DNA of 63,658 bases, counting the filler, from Octopus bimaculoides (taxonomy: Eukaryota), in assembly GCF_001194135.2 (NCBI RefSeq). It is 4 parts of 3 records of this genome, joined end to end, with 100 filler letters (N's around TTAATTAATTAA, not from the genome) between each part and the next. Parts side by side here need not be neighbours in the genome. Positions count along the whole stretch, not along the records: positions 1 to 29,359 come from NC_068997.1; 3 more parts are not named here. One strand, 5' to 3'. A program made the position numbers and the translations under genes. This document shows positions 1-12,868 of the stretch, in pieces; position 1 is the first letter of the stretch, and each line of letters starts with the position of its first letter. The notes under the pieces are model-generated. The model worked only from the letters and a program-made list of their open reading frames with translations, was not told the DNA's origin and did not search any database.

Positions 1-108
1 GTATGCATTATACATATATACATATATACATACATTCACTCACATATACCTATACACTTTCATACCTATCTCTCTCTCTCTCTTTATCTATCTATATATC
101 TATCTGTC

Positions 109-150
<42 letters not shown>

Positions 151-170
151 TATTTATGTATGTATATATA

Positions 171-203
<33 letters not shown>

Positions 204-222
204 TTATGCATGTATGTGTGAG

Positions 223-269
<47 letters not shown>

Positions 270-469
270 TTATGGAAATAATCTAATACATATACGTATT
301 TGTTGTGTGTTTGTGTGTGTGCGCGTGCGCAGTTAATATATTAAATCTGTACCAGGGTTTCATATATATATCAAGTAACATTCTGTTCTCCAGAGGTCAT
401 GAAGAAGAGGATCATATGTATTGTATCTTCTCGGTGTTAACCGAAGATGTCTGAATCGTATAACTATTC

Positions 470-521
<52 letters not shown>

Positions 522-2021
522 CCTACCTGTATGTCTGTCTAATCTACTTATATGTATATACGTGTGTATATATGTACTTCCATGCGTGCGTGTCTCTGTT
601 GTATTAACATGGCTGTCTAAATTTTCGTTGGTGGGGATCTTTATAAACAAGAATATAGACAAAGAGCACAATCTTCTTTAGCGCGTTTATTAGAATCTGT
701 TTCACACACACACACACGCGCGCGCGCGCTCGCGCTCGCGCTCACGCACACATACATTCTATATATATTTATATATACACGCAGACATTAATCAAAGTAT
801 ACAATATTATAGATCCATTATGGCCAATGTTACCAATCGGTTTCGCACTAGCTACTAAAACCAGACTTTTCATAACAGCACGGTTAAGTAATACCATCTT
901 CTCTTCAGAGATGGCAGCTATGATGAGCCTTCATATTGTAGCCATATCTGCCATTTCTGGAACGGGGCAGTCATCTTATATATATATGTGTGTGTGTGTG
1001 AGTATATATATGTGTATGCATACATACATATATGCATGTGTGTGTGAGCGTGCTTGCGTATATGTGTCTGTGTCTGTGTATACTCTCACACTTTCACACT
1101 TTCATACATATATACACATACTTGTCTATCTTTATCCATTTCGAAATGGTGTTGCGAATACCTTTTTTTATGCCAAATTAAGACGCACATTTCCCCTCAA
1201 AAATATCTTCCTGGGTCCTGTATGTAAATTTGAGCCTATATTACATACTTTAAGGCACTGAAAATCGTTTTACCCGAATATGCGCTGCTGAAATTGGAGT
1301 GCATCTAAGATGCCCGTACGTCTTTTATGCCATCAGATTATGCCATGGAATACCGTGTTGTCATGAGAGAGTATGGGTTTTTAATAAATTAATTCAATTC
1401 AATTTACTTGAAAATAATTTTAATAATTAAACAGAAATGCGAAGGAAAACAGCAAAATACATCTATGATATGTTTCACTCGTTATATTGCACTTTTACAT
1501 CATAGGAAGAAACCTCGTTATCAATTGGAAAAGCAGAAAAATTGTATACAACGAAGGCAAGCCCTCTTTGGTGGCATTAAAATGACCAGTTCAGAGTAGT
1601 GCAAATGGACGAACAGACAGAGCAATAGACAGAAACATCTCTCTTAGTGAAAAAAAACAAAAAAAAAACAACAAGAAGAAAAATCTATGGAAGGTACGTC
1701 TAAGAGTCAAGGGATTAAATGAAAACCGACTGTGAAGGAAACTGCGTGGAAAAGGTCAACCGTTTGTTTGCTGTGTCAGCAAGTTAGTGTGGCTGGGCGT
1801 TTGCAATGCCAGTTAGACGAGTTCGTTCATTATTGATTAACTGATTAATTCACTTCGCTATTATTTCTATTTATTCCTGACCAAAACTAAATGAAAGATG
1901 GCTGACATCAAAGGCAATGTTACCTTATTACCATAATTGTTATAGTTGTTGTTGTCGTTGTTCTTGCTGTTGTTGTTGTTGTTGTTGTCGTCGTCGTCGT
2001 CGTTGTTGTTGTTGCTGTTAT

Positions 2022-2216
2022 CGTTGTTTACTCCGGTGTCAGATCTGATCGTGTAAAAAGACCGATGATCAAAGACGTTCTTGCCGTGAACATCCAGTCT
2101 CTATAAATATCATGGATTACATTGTTCAAAGTCTTCTTTTATTTAAGACGATATGATGTGATTGGAGAATGATTTGTTAGCTATTTCTAGCAAATCGAGC
2201 AACCACATGAAGGCTA
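2022..2216 (-). mobile_element. SINE-like repeat, family E, diverged
   Basis: Shares tttgttagctatttctagc..tcgagc..accac with copies at 8762, 14160 and 60030; ends in a (GTT)n tail. Confidence 0.65.
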
Positions 2217-2234
2217 CAGCATTGACTCATTTTG

Positions 2235-2412
2235 GAAGGTAATGGATTGGCAGAATCGTTTGAGCATCTGACAATTGCCGTGCGGGGTTTGTTCCGACTC
2301 TTTACATTTTGAGTTCGGGTCTCGTCGAGGTCAGCTTTGCTTTTCATTCTTTCGGGATCGATGAATTTAAATACCAGAAATATACTGGGGACTAATAATT
2401 GATTGTTACCCA
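2235..2412 (+). mobile_element. SINE-A, old diverged copy
   Basis: tggcagaatcgtt head and gaggtcagctttgcttttcattctttcgggatcgat body match the SINE-A copies at 2907 and 26748. Confidence 0.75.
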
Positions 2413-2621
2413 CTCGTTGACTCACAGTGTTGTTATAAGAGAGTCATAATTAAATATCGTCGGAAGAAATAGTAGAGCACCGGGACTTAGTTACGCCTCT
2501 TTACGTCCTGAGTTCAAATTCAACAAGAAACAACTTTATCACTAATCCTTGAAGTACTACGTCCAGAAATCGGTTGAGGGAGGTAAGCGTCTTCCTTTAA
2601 AAATTTGTGGCCACGAGGCCA

Positions 2622-2904
<283 letters not shown>

Positions 2905-2906
2905 AC

Positions 2907-3131
2907 GAAGGCAGCGATCTGGCAGAATCTTTAGCATGCCGGGCAAAATGCTTAGCGGTTTTTCGTCTGTCGCTATGTCCTGAGTTCAAATTCCACCGAG
3001 GTCGACTTTGCCTTTCATCCTTTCGGGATCGATAAAGTAAGTACCAGTTGAGCACTGAATCGATGCGATCAACTGTCCCCCTCCCCACAAAATTCAGGCC
3101 TTGTGCCTATAGTAGAAAGGATTATTATTAT
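2907..3131 (+). mobile_element. SINE-A, full length
   Basis: gaaggcagcgatctggcagaatc head, B-box-like gagttcaaattcc, gaggtcgactttgcctttcatcctttcggg body, ending gtgcctatagtagaaagg(att)n. Confidence 0.9.
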
Positions 3132-3268
3132 TAAAATATTCTTTCTCTTGTTTTATTTCAGATGCCTACGTCATTATCCGGTATATCGCTGTTCCCTAAA
3201 CGAGTGCAGTATTTCTTTGGTCAATAAGAAGGTCTTTGCCTTACATGCCCACATACATACATACATAC

Positions 3269-3327
<59 letters not shown>

Positions 3328-3442
3328 AATTGTTTGTACCTTGTCTATTCTCATATCTCATATCTCGCGTATTTTCTTTTCCATGTGTGCGTGCGTGTGT
3401 GTGTGTGTGTGTGTATGTATATGTCTCTCTCTCTATATATTG

Positions 3443-3482
<40 letters not shown>

Positions 3483-3485
3483 ATG

Positions 3486-3534
<49 letters not shown>

Positions 3535-4080
3535 GTATGTATGTATATTCATACATTTCCTTCCCATGAACATCGTGTATTATGAACTCAAACGTTTTAA
3601 TATGCATACAAGCATTTATTCAAGTTTGTGAGCATTCTCATGTTTTAATCTTTATTTTTATGTTTTTGAATAATTATATTATTGTATCTTTGCGTTTTTG
3701 TGTCTTTGAATTTTTGCATATTTATATCTTCGTATTTGTGCGCTTATATCTTTGTATATTTGTAGTTTTGAATATTTGCATATACATTTAGCTATATATA
3801 TATATTTACATGCACTGGTTTACGTCTACAAGCAGACTCATGTATCCGGGCGTCGCTGCATATATTTGCCTACATTTGTATACAGCTGTATCCATCTCTA
3901 TGTGCATGTATCAGATCATGCAAGCGGATGCGTATATACATGTCTGCATATAAAATTTCACCGGAAGTGTGTTTATGCATACGTCGGTATGTATAAGTGT
4001 TAGGGTGTGTGGGTAAATTGTTTAAATGTGACAGTATGCATAAATACGACGTACTTCTGTATGTGCATGAGTCCGTGATG

Positions 4081-4150
4081 TAGAGTTTGCTTCTCAAACA
4101 CTTGGTTTCAGGTTCAGTCCCACTGTGTGATACCTTGAACACGTGTCTTC
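4081..4150 (+). mobile_element. SINE-B head fragment
   Basis: gtttgcttc..ggttcagtcccactgtgtgataccttg..gtgtcttct matches the SINE-B head at 24112 (minus). Confidence 0.75.
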
Positions 4151-4216
4151 TTTTTCTACTATAGGCACAAGACCTGAAATTTGGGGGTAAGTAGTAAGTC
4201 GATTACATCGACCCCT
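4151..4216 (-). mobile_element. SINE-A 3' fragment
   Basis: ttctactataggcacaagacctgaaattt is the reverse complement of the SINE-A 3' end. Confidence 0.8.
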
Positions 4217-4672
4217 GACAAGATTTTGGCTATGAGGTCGGATGTTGTTCTCGAAGGCACCCATAAAGTGTTTCGCCGAATGAAACCCGCCGGATTCATG
4301 GTTTGGGCGGCAGTATCATCCATCCGATGGTGGAAAATCTTATTTGGTGTTCATTAAAAAGGGGACGATGGTCAATTCGGCAAATTACATGAAAATGTTG
4401 GAGAATAATGTTATGCCATAGGTAACCGAAGCATTTAGAGATGATTACGTGTTCACGCAAGACGGAGCTCCTCAAACGTCCAGTGTGACACAGCAGTGGT
4501 GCAGGAGCCATTTTGTGGGGTTGTGGGACAAGAATGTGTGACTCTTCCTCCAGCCCAGACATCAACCCAATGAACTTCGCTATTTGGTCCATTCTAGAAA
4601 GGGACGCTTCAAGAGTTTCCTACCAAAATATCGCTGCTCTGAAGACAGCCTTAGTCGCATCGTGAGATCGTT
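4217..4672 (+). mobile_element. maT/DD37D-like (IS630-Tc1-mariner) transposase pseudogene, catalytic half
   Basis: Frameshifted translation KPAGFMVWAAVSS..GKSYLVFIKKG..NSANYMKMLENNVMP*V..YVFTQDGAP..TQQWCRSHFVGLWDKNV..SSPDINPMNFAIWSILE. The spacing from QDGAP to NPM(N) fits D37D. Confidence 0.85.
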
Positions 4673-4749
4673 TAAGGGAAGAAAATATTGTGCAGCTGAA
4701 ACCCAGGTGTCATTTTGGTCAGCTGAAAGCAGTTTTGGCAGAAACTTGG

Positions 4750-4833
4750 CAGTACCAGTGAAAGACTGGAGTCGATTACATCGACTCGCCCCTTCTCACC
4801 AAAATTGAGGCCTAGTGCCTCCAGTAGAAAGGT
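4750..4833 (+). mobile_element. SINE-A 3' fragment
   Basis: gtaccagtgaaagactgg...ggcctagtgcctccagtagaaagg. Confidence 0.8.
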
Positions 4834-5541
4834 TATATATAACTGACCAATTGTGTGGTAGGAATCACATAAGGTTAAAAAAAAAAAAAGAGATTTTTGC
4901 TCTTAATTTGAGACGGAAGGGGGAAATTGATACGGACTTCGCAGTGAAACGCATTCATCCATTTACCGTTAGATATAGAGATCGAAATTCGTCAATGGAG
5001 TTGTTTCACTTTTCTTCTCGTTGAAAATGGTACAGATAATATCTAGTATCATTTCACACTCACTACCGTTGTACAAGAAACAACTTCCTGCTCTCTCTCT
5101 CTTTCTCTTTATCTCCCTCTCTTTCTCTTTATCTTTCTCTCTCCCTCTTCCTCTTTCTCTCTCTTTCCTCCTCTCTCTTTGTTTCTCCCTTCTGTCATGT
5201 CTATATAGCTATTCATAGTTAGTTAGATATAGGCATCCAGCCAAAATATAGTCAATTCTTTCGCCATATTGCTTAAATAAGCGACATCAAAGCTCATTTT
5301 TCTTTCGCTTGTTGAAAAAAAATAAATGAATAAACTATAAAAAAAAATGAATAAATAAAAATAAACATAAAGAAATAAAAAAAATTAAAATAAAGGAATA
5401 ATCATGATTAGGGTTTATAATGATTTAGATTGGCAAGAAGCCACAAACCTGTTGGAGAAGAGCTCAGTCAACCGAATCGATTCCATTAGATTACTGATAC
5501 ATACACAGGCATTCATCATACTTGCTTCATGATACGATTTA

Positions 5542-5840
5542 TGTAGCGCGAAACCTATTCTTCATTGACTTCTGTATTTCATGGGATTCAATGAACACAG
5601 AAGCCAGTGGGAAATACATTTTGTGATACGCATATCTATGTTACAGTAGAAGTTTTAGAAACGCAACGTTTCCGTAATGCGGCGTATTTCCGTAGCACGA
5701 AACCTAGTCTTCATTGATTTCCGTATTTAATTTAATTCAATGAACACGGAAGTCAATGGGAAATACGTTTTGTGATACAATTATATACGTTACGGTAGAA
5801 GTTTTAGAAACGCAACGTCTCCCGTAATACGGTGTATTTC
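5542..5840. repeat. Two-copy tandem repeat, ~149-bp unit with internal inverted repeats
   Basis: 5542-5690 aligns to 5691-5840 end to end. Confidence 0.95.
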
Positions 5841-5844
5841 TACA

Positions 5845-6235
5845 TTTTATGTAAACCACATGGAAATAAATAATGAACGGGAAAGTCAACCTCGGCTGGA
5901 TTTTCGCCCAGGAAATGATGTATCCACTTCAAGTAATTCAATGATTTTGTTACCCCACCCCAAATGGAGCTGAATACAATTAGAATTTTTTTCTCTATCT
6001 GGAGATGTGGATCAAACCAGCCTCCAAGCAATTTAACTGGGCCATCTATTTGGAACCCCAAGACGCTGTTGGACGGAATAACCTTACTTATTCAGGTATC
6101 GAGCTACAGGCCTACCAAGTTTTCGTCGTTGATTTTTTTTTGCTTCTGTCATCGTGTCGTAGTTCCTTAGAACGGTACAGATCACTTCGTTGTGTTTGGT
6201 GTCCAATGTGTTTGGTGTCATGTTGATAATCCTGT
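5845..6235 (-). mobile_element. Tx1/L1-clade LINE RT relic
   Basis: Minus-strand remnants KINDENLVGL*LDT and DGPVKLLGGWFDPHLQIEK resemble the Tx1 RT KIN..KS..L.LG and VKILGVWFG..NW region; stops and frameshifts present. Confidence 0.6.
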
Positions 6236-7699
6236 CATCAACATAGACAGGATCGAATCAGGATCGATAACGAAAAGCTTGTCATTTGCTGAAGTTACAA
6301 AAAAAGTTTCAGTCTATCGAACAAAAAATTAACAAAAAAAAACACCCCTCCCAAAGAAAAGTAAACAAAAAACAAAAACAAAAGAGAAACAAAAAAATCA
6401 GTATTTGGGACAAGCTAAGAAACACATCAACAGACTGGTAGAACAATTAGTCCTGATACTACCGCTGCTCCTACATCAAACAAACAACTAAACAGTGATA
6501 GATGCATATATATCGTTGAAGAGAATAGACTAGAGCGATTTTTCCTCTGAACAAGCTGAACTGTGTTTGAAAAGCATCTGAAGAGACAGACTTTATGATA
6601 AAATTTTCACCTGAAGATCTTTCCATTGACTACCTAGGATGCTGATATTTAAAATATTTCTCTCTGTTCTCATTGCAGAATGTGCCCACTTCTGGTTTGT
6701 TTTGTGGCCTTGCAGGATCATGAAAAGCTGTAAGTCCATGGTGATCTCAACCAACTGCATATCGTCAAAGTTTTTCCATTTGCCCTTATCGCCTGCCCAC
6801 ATTCTCTCACGACGGTGACTATAAGCTAGGGATCGACAATCATCACTAACGTCCCTAGCGGTGACCCTTATGTTCTCCCTTCTCAAATACTGTGAAACCA
6901 GTATGGGTTGGTGTCTCGTGTACTATTTGCGCTTGGGCTTTCGCATCCTCCTCCATGATACACATGGTACCAAATACCCTCCCTTTCTGATTGAAGAATA
7001 TTTCACCTAAAATATCAGAAAACGCGTTGGATCTTTTAGTAGATAGAAATACGCCACTGTACTTCTCTCACGGGCGTTTTGAGCTGATTGTGGAAATCTG
7101 GCCTAACTTCAGCGCACAAAATATTTACAAAATGTTTCTTTCAGAAAAAAAAAAAAAAAAATTCTATTAGAGTTTTCCTGTTGGACAAAATATTAGCAAA
7201 ATATATTTTATCGTTGTTCGTGTTTCCAACCGGTGCAACACGTGCAAACGTACTTTTATTGTTGCTGCAGACGATGGCACAATCTATACTCGGTTGAAAT
7301 GTTGAAATAAAATGATTGTTTTCTTTATGTCTGTGTATATTAATAATATTTTGAATGGTAATTTGATTATAAGACTTTTATTTTATTTTGTTTCCTGTGT
7401 ATGAGTTGTATTTTTTAAAATTATTTATTATTATTTTTTTTCTTATTTTCTTTTGGGGGCGTGGTTGAAATGTTTATAGCCATATTTATTTGTCACNNNN
7501 NNNNNNNNNNNNNNNNNNNNNNNNNNNNNNNNNNNNNNNNNNNNNNNNNNNNNNNNNNNNNNNNNNNNNNNNNNNNNNNNNNNNNNNNNNNNNNNNNNNN
7601 NNNNNNNNNNNNNNNNNNNNNNNNNNNNNNNNNNNNNNNNNNNNNNNNNNNNNNNNNNNNNNNNNNNNNNNNNNAAAACCCTCTCGCTTCGACTTCCTT

Positions 7700-7856
7700 T
7701 GTCTAGTACTCAAATAGTACCTATTTTATTCACACCGAAAAGATGGAAGACAAAATCGACCGCGGCACAATTTGAACTCAGAACATAAAGAGCCGTAACA
7801 AATATCGCAAAGCATTTTGTGTTCGATAACCCAAACGATTTTGTCATTTCAACGCC
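7700..7856 (-). mobile_element. SINE-A, old copy
   Basis: gtacctattttattcacaccgaaaagatggaagacaaaatcgacc..tttgaactcagaac. Confidence 0.7.
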
Positions 7857-7873
7857 CGCTTACACAATATATA

Positions 7874-8079
7874 TTCTTTTCTACTCTAGGCACAAGGCTC
7901 GAAATTTTTGGGGAGGGGGGGGCAGTCGATGAGATCGACTCCAGTACGAAACTGGTACTTAATTTATCGATGCCGAAAAGATAAAAAGCAAAGTCAACCT
8001 CGGTGGAATTTGAACCCAGAACGAAATGCCGCTAAGCATTTCGCCCGAATGCTACCGGTTCTGCTAGCACGCCGCCTTC
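7874..8079 (-). mobile_element. SINE-A, full length
   Basis: ttctactctaggcacaagg...ctgctagcacgccgcctt. Confidence 0.9.
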
Positions 8080-8279
8080 TTACACAATATATATTAATAA
8101 TGAAATGTATGAATGAATAAAATAATAGCTAAATACTAAATAAATAATAAATTCTCAATTTGTTTTGTTTATATAATTAAACTGATGTTCTTGGTTCTTC
8201 TCTCCCATAATTGGATTACGTCGTTAACGATTCTTTAAAAATGTAACTTGTTTTCTTTCCACGAAGCATTATCTATCTG

Positions 8280-8312
<33 letters not shown>

Positions 8313-8761
8313 ATTCCTGTTGTGTGAATTCATTATTAAAACAAAATCACGAACAACAACAATGCCTACAACAAAACGATGTCTGGACTGTTAGTTTTTG
8401 GGGATATTGTATTGAATCAGCTAAAAAAAATAACAAGTATATATAAAGAAAATTAAGTAATAAAATAATATGAGAAAATTAATTAGCTATCGGTTTAATT
8501 TTTACTGCTTTCCGGTATTTAAACATCCGGTTATTTATTGTGTGTAGTTTGACTTAATATTTAAATATCCTGGACATTTTGTTCTTTTTCATGGTTTGAG
8601 ATTTAAATATCCGGAGCTGCACGCAGTCAACTACACAGCTGAAAAAATGCATTGTGGGAAAGGAGGCTCCATAATGCTTCAGCAACCACGAAGGAGATTT
8701 TGAAGCGTTTCAAAACCTAAACTGTTAGCTATCCCCCAAAAAATCAAAGAGGAGAGCGTCT

Positions 8762-8960
8762 GCCTGACCGCTTAACCTGCTAGAAAGAGCAGCCAAATTT
8801 CTCTACAATAATACCGTATTGGTTTAAAAAAAGAAGGAATGAAAAGGATACATTGAATAATACATTCTTAGATATACCATGTCTGACAATCGGTTATGAG
8901 TGGAGTGCCTTCGACAATGGCTCTCTTTAAACGGGTTCGATCTGTGTTTAAATAACAACT
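8762..8960 (+). mobile_element. SINE-like family E
   Basis: aacctgctagaaagagcagccaaatt...aaataacaac. Confidence 0.65.
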
Positions 8961-9159
8961 ATCGCAAAACATTGCTTTCATATCTGGGGTAAGCCTCGCT
9001 ATTATTCGATTATCGACAGACGGGGATCAAGTAAGTGATCAAGTAAGTTATTTCTTTATTATCAATTATCAATCAATAAATTATCATCAAGACTTGCGCC
9101 ATTAGAAATACTTTTTACTTCTAATTTCCCTATCAAATCAGCCATCTTTGTGTTGTATC

Positions 9160-9545
9160 TTTTATTTCAGTCATTGGAGTGTGACCATACGAAGCACCGC
9201 CCTGGCGGTTTTAGTCAAACAAATCGATCCCAGTACTTATTTAAAAAAAAAAATCTGGTACTTATTCTATCCATCAGTTTTTGACGAAATGTTATGTTAC
9301 GAGGCAAAGACGGTAACAAGCCAACACAAGTTGTCAAGCGGTGGTGGGGGACAAATATCGGCACAAAGACGCGCGCGCGCACACGCACGCACATATATAT
9401 ACATATACACAATGAGCTTCTTTCAGCGAACCATATTCATTCACAGGGCTTTGGTCTGCTTGGGGCTATGGTACAAGAACATAGCCCAAGGTTCTACACA
9501 GTGGGAATGAACCCGGGTCAAACTTCTTACTACACAACCACGCGT
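9160..9545 (-). mobile_element. SINE-B: tail, internal (CG/CA/TA)n, diverged head
   Basis: ttttatttcagtcattggagtgtgaccat..gttgtcaagcggtggtggggacaaa, then a microsatellite, then gcttctttcag..ggctttggtc..cagtggg. Confidence 0.8.
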
Positions 9546-9699
9546 ATATAATTCAAACTGAATCTCGTGATACAAGTTTCACGCGACTTCGATCTTCATA
9601 TTCAGGTGACATTATATATGCATGCCTGATGGCTATCTACTCGTCAGACGAGCACGACCATCACTGACAAGTGTTAAGAGTCAGCAGTTCTTGTAGTCA

Positions 9700-9804
9700 G
9701 GGTTTTAAGTCCCCAGGCTATAGTAGAATGCACTTGCCCAAGGTGCCACACAGTGGACTGAACATCGGAACCATGCGGTTGGGAAGCAGCCTTCTTATCA
9801 CACA

Positions 9805-9809
<5 letters not shown>
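9700..9809 (-). mobile_element. SINE-B head fragment
   Basis: ggctatagtagaatgcacttgcccaaggtgccacacagtggactgaac...cacacagcca. Confidence 0.85.
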
Positions 9810-9844
<35 letters not shown>

Positions 9845-11172
9845 NNNNNNNNNNNNNNNNNNNNNNNNNNNNNNNNNNNNNNNNNNNNNNNNNNNNNNNN
9901 NNNNNNNNNNNNNNNNNNNNNNNNNNNNNNNNNNNNNNNNNNNNNNNNNNNNNNNNNNNNNNNNNNNNNNNNNNNNNNNNNNNNNNNNNNNNNNNNNNNN
10001 NNNNNNNNNNNNNNNNNNNNNNNNNNNNNNNNNNNNNNNNNNNNNNNNNNNNNNNNNNNNNNNNNNNNNNNNNNNNNNNNNNNNNNNNNNNNNNNNNNNN
10101 NNNNNNNNNNNNNNNNNNNNNNNNNNNNNNNNNNNNNNNNNNNNNNNNNNNNNNNNNNNNNNNNNNNNNNNNNNNNNNNNNNNNNNNNNNNNNNNNNNNN
10201 NNNNNNNNNNNNNNNNNNNNNNNNNNNNNNNNNNNNNNNNNNNNNNNNNNNNNNNNNNNNNNNNNNNNNNNNNNNNNNNNNNNNNNNNNNNNNNNNNNNN
10301 NNNNNNNNNNNNNNNNNNNNNNNNNNNNNNNNNNNNNNNNNNNNNNNNNNNNNNNNNNNNNNNNNNNNNNNNNNNNNNNNNNNNNNNNNNNNNNNNNNNN
10401 NNNNNNNNNNNNNNNNNNNNNNNNNNNNNNNNNNNNNNNNNNNNNNNNNNNNNNNNNNNNNNNNNNNNNNNNNNNNNNNNNNNNNNNNNNNNNNNNNNNN
10501 NNNNNNNNNNNNNNNNNNNNNNNNNNNNNNNNNNNNNNNNNNNNNNNNNNNNNNNNNNNNNNNNNNNNNNNNNNAAAAAAAAAAAAAAAGTTTCAAATTT
10601 TACTCAGACATTTTGTTGTTTTCTCAAAGGAAATCGTATTTACGTTCTTTTTTCTCATTTTTAGTTTTCACGAATTTTAAAAAATTTTAGAAAATAAAAA
10701 AAAAATTTAGAAAATAAAAAATAAGATAAAAACTTAGTAAAAAAAAATACTTATTATTACACTGAAAATTATTTTTGTAATTAATCATAAACCAGAAAAA
10801 ATGGGTTACACTAATAACTATGCTTTTAACTCTCACTTTTCTCGTTCCCCCTCTCTATCTCTCATTTAGATTCTCTCCCTTTTATTTTCACTCTTCTATC
10901 GAATACATTTGACATTGAAATCCAATACTAAGTGAAAAGTGGTATCTTTTTGTCATTGAGATTTATATCTTCCCCAGAGTACGACAATTTATGGTAGTGT
11001 TTTTCTTTATATTTATTTAATTTCTTTATTTATTGCTTATAATAATTATTTGTCCGTTCTTCCCTATTCGATATCGTTATCCTCCGCCTCTTAGTGTGTG
11101 TATATATATATATATGTGTGTATAAATGTATGTGTTTATATATGTATATATATGTGTGTGTGTGTATATAGT

Positions 11173-11235
<63 letters not shown>

Positions 11236-11974
11236 NNNNNNNNNNNNNNNNNNNNNNNNNNNNNNNNNNNNNNNNNNNNNNNNNNNNNNNNNNNNNNNNN
11301 NNNNNNNNNNNNNNNNNNNNNNNNNNNNNNNNNNNNNNNNNNNNNNNNNNNNNNNNNNNNNNNNNNNNNNNNNNNNNNNNNNNNNNNNNNNNNNNNNNNN
11401 NNNNNNNNNNNNNNNNNNNNNNNNNNNNNNNNNNNNNNNNNNNNNNNNNNNNNNNNNNNNNNNNNNNNNNNNNNNNNNNNNNNNNNNNNNNNNNNNNNNN
11501 NNNNNNNNNNNNNNNNNNNNNNNNNNNNNNNNNNNNNNNNNNNNNNNNNNNNNNNNNNNNNNNNNNNNNNNNNNNNNNNNNNNNNNNNNNNNNNNNNNNN
11601 NNNNNNNNNNNNNNNNNNNNNNNNNNNNNNNNNNNNNNNNNNNNNNNNNNNNNNNNNNNNNNNNNNNNNNNNNNNNNNNNNNNNNNNNNNNNNNNNNNTA
11701 TATATATATATATACATATATATGTATGTATATAATACTAATGTATCCGTAATGCGTTTCGTCAGTCACCGTTTCGGTTTTTCCTATCGAAGTAATTTTC
11801 AGTACATTTCCACCATTTATTCCCCTGGGAAAATAATGGACGCCTGCAGCATCCCTTACTCTCTGCCTCATCACCCCATCATCCCATCGAATTCATACAG
11901 AATTAACGCTTAGTATAGTAAAGATAGGCTCATCTGAACCAACTTCGATTCCTAGTCATCATCATCATCATCAC

Positions 11975-12058
<84 letters not shown>

Positions 12059-12500
12059 NNNNNNNNNNNNNNNNNNNNNNNNNNNNNNNNNNNNNNNNNN
12101 NNNNNNNNNNNNNNNNNNNNNNNNNNNNNNNNNNNNNNNNNNNNNNNNNNNNNNNNNNNNNNNNNNNNNNNNNNNNNNNNNNNNNNNNNNNNNNNNNNNN
12201 NNNNNNNNNNNNNNNNNNNNNNNNNNNNNNNNNNNNNNNNNNNNNNNNNNNNNNNNNNNNNNNNNNNNNNNNNNNNNNNNNNNNNNNNNNNNNNNNNNNN
12301 NNNNNNNNNNNNNNNNNNNNNNNNNNNNNNNNNNNNNNNNNNNNNNNNNNNNNNNNNNNNNNNNNNNNNNNNNNNNNNNNNNNNNNNNNNNNNNNNNNNN
12401 NNNNNNNNNNNNNNNNNNNNNNNNNNNNNNNNNNNNNNNNNNNNNNNNNNNNNNNNNNNNNNNNNNNNNNNNNNTATATATATATATATATATATATATA

Positions 12501-12776
12501 TTAGGTTGTCAAGAAAATTCTTGCGGAATATTTAATTTTGGTTTTAAATGATGTATTTTCAAATTAATTTTCGTCAAATTACTTTGATTTTATATATCAT
12601 TCTAAATCCCGTTTTCGCTCTATCTAATCGTGTTACTCCTTTTCTTTTTGAATAATTAGGCCATTTTCTTCTACAACGTTGAATACAACATGGACAAAAA
12701 GTAAATTCGCACAATTTTCTTATTCCAGTTCAAGCTAGGTCGAAAACTGCTGAAACAGCTCGCGATATCAACAATG
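12501..12776 (+). mobile_element. Mariner (Hsmar1/cecropia-like) 5' end, truncated by a SINE
   Basis: TA followed by a ttaggttg.. TIR-like start. ATG at 12690 gives MDKK*IRTIFLFQFKLGRK(fs)AETARDINN, resembling the Hsmar1 N-terminus DKKQIRAIFLFEFKMGRKAAETTRNINN. Confidence 0.85.
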
Positions 12777-12868
12777 AAATAAGTACCAAAGAAGCACTTG
12801 GGTCGATGTAATCGACTTGCCCCGCCCCCACCTCAAAATTTCCGGCCTTGTGCCTATAGTAGAAAGGA
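12777..12868 (+). mobile_element. SINE-A 3' fragment
   Basis: aataagtacc..gggtcgatgtaatcgac..ggccttgtgcctatagtagaaagg. Confidence 0.85.

Noticed and set aside
6593-6886. 97-aa minus-strand ORF near the Tx1 relic
   Set aside because: No motif recognised; possibly more decayed LINE, but unassignable.
9570-9610. Minus-strand ctgaatatgaag..gaaac, a Penelope/hammerhead-like pattern
   Set aside because: Lacks the CUGANGA core and pairing stems.
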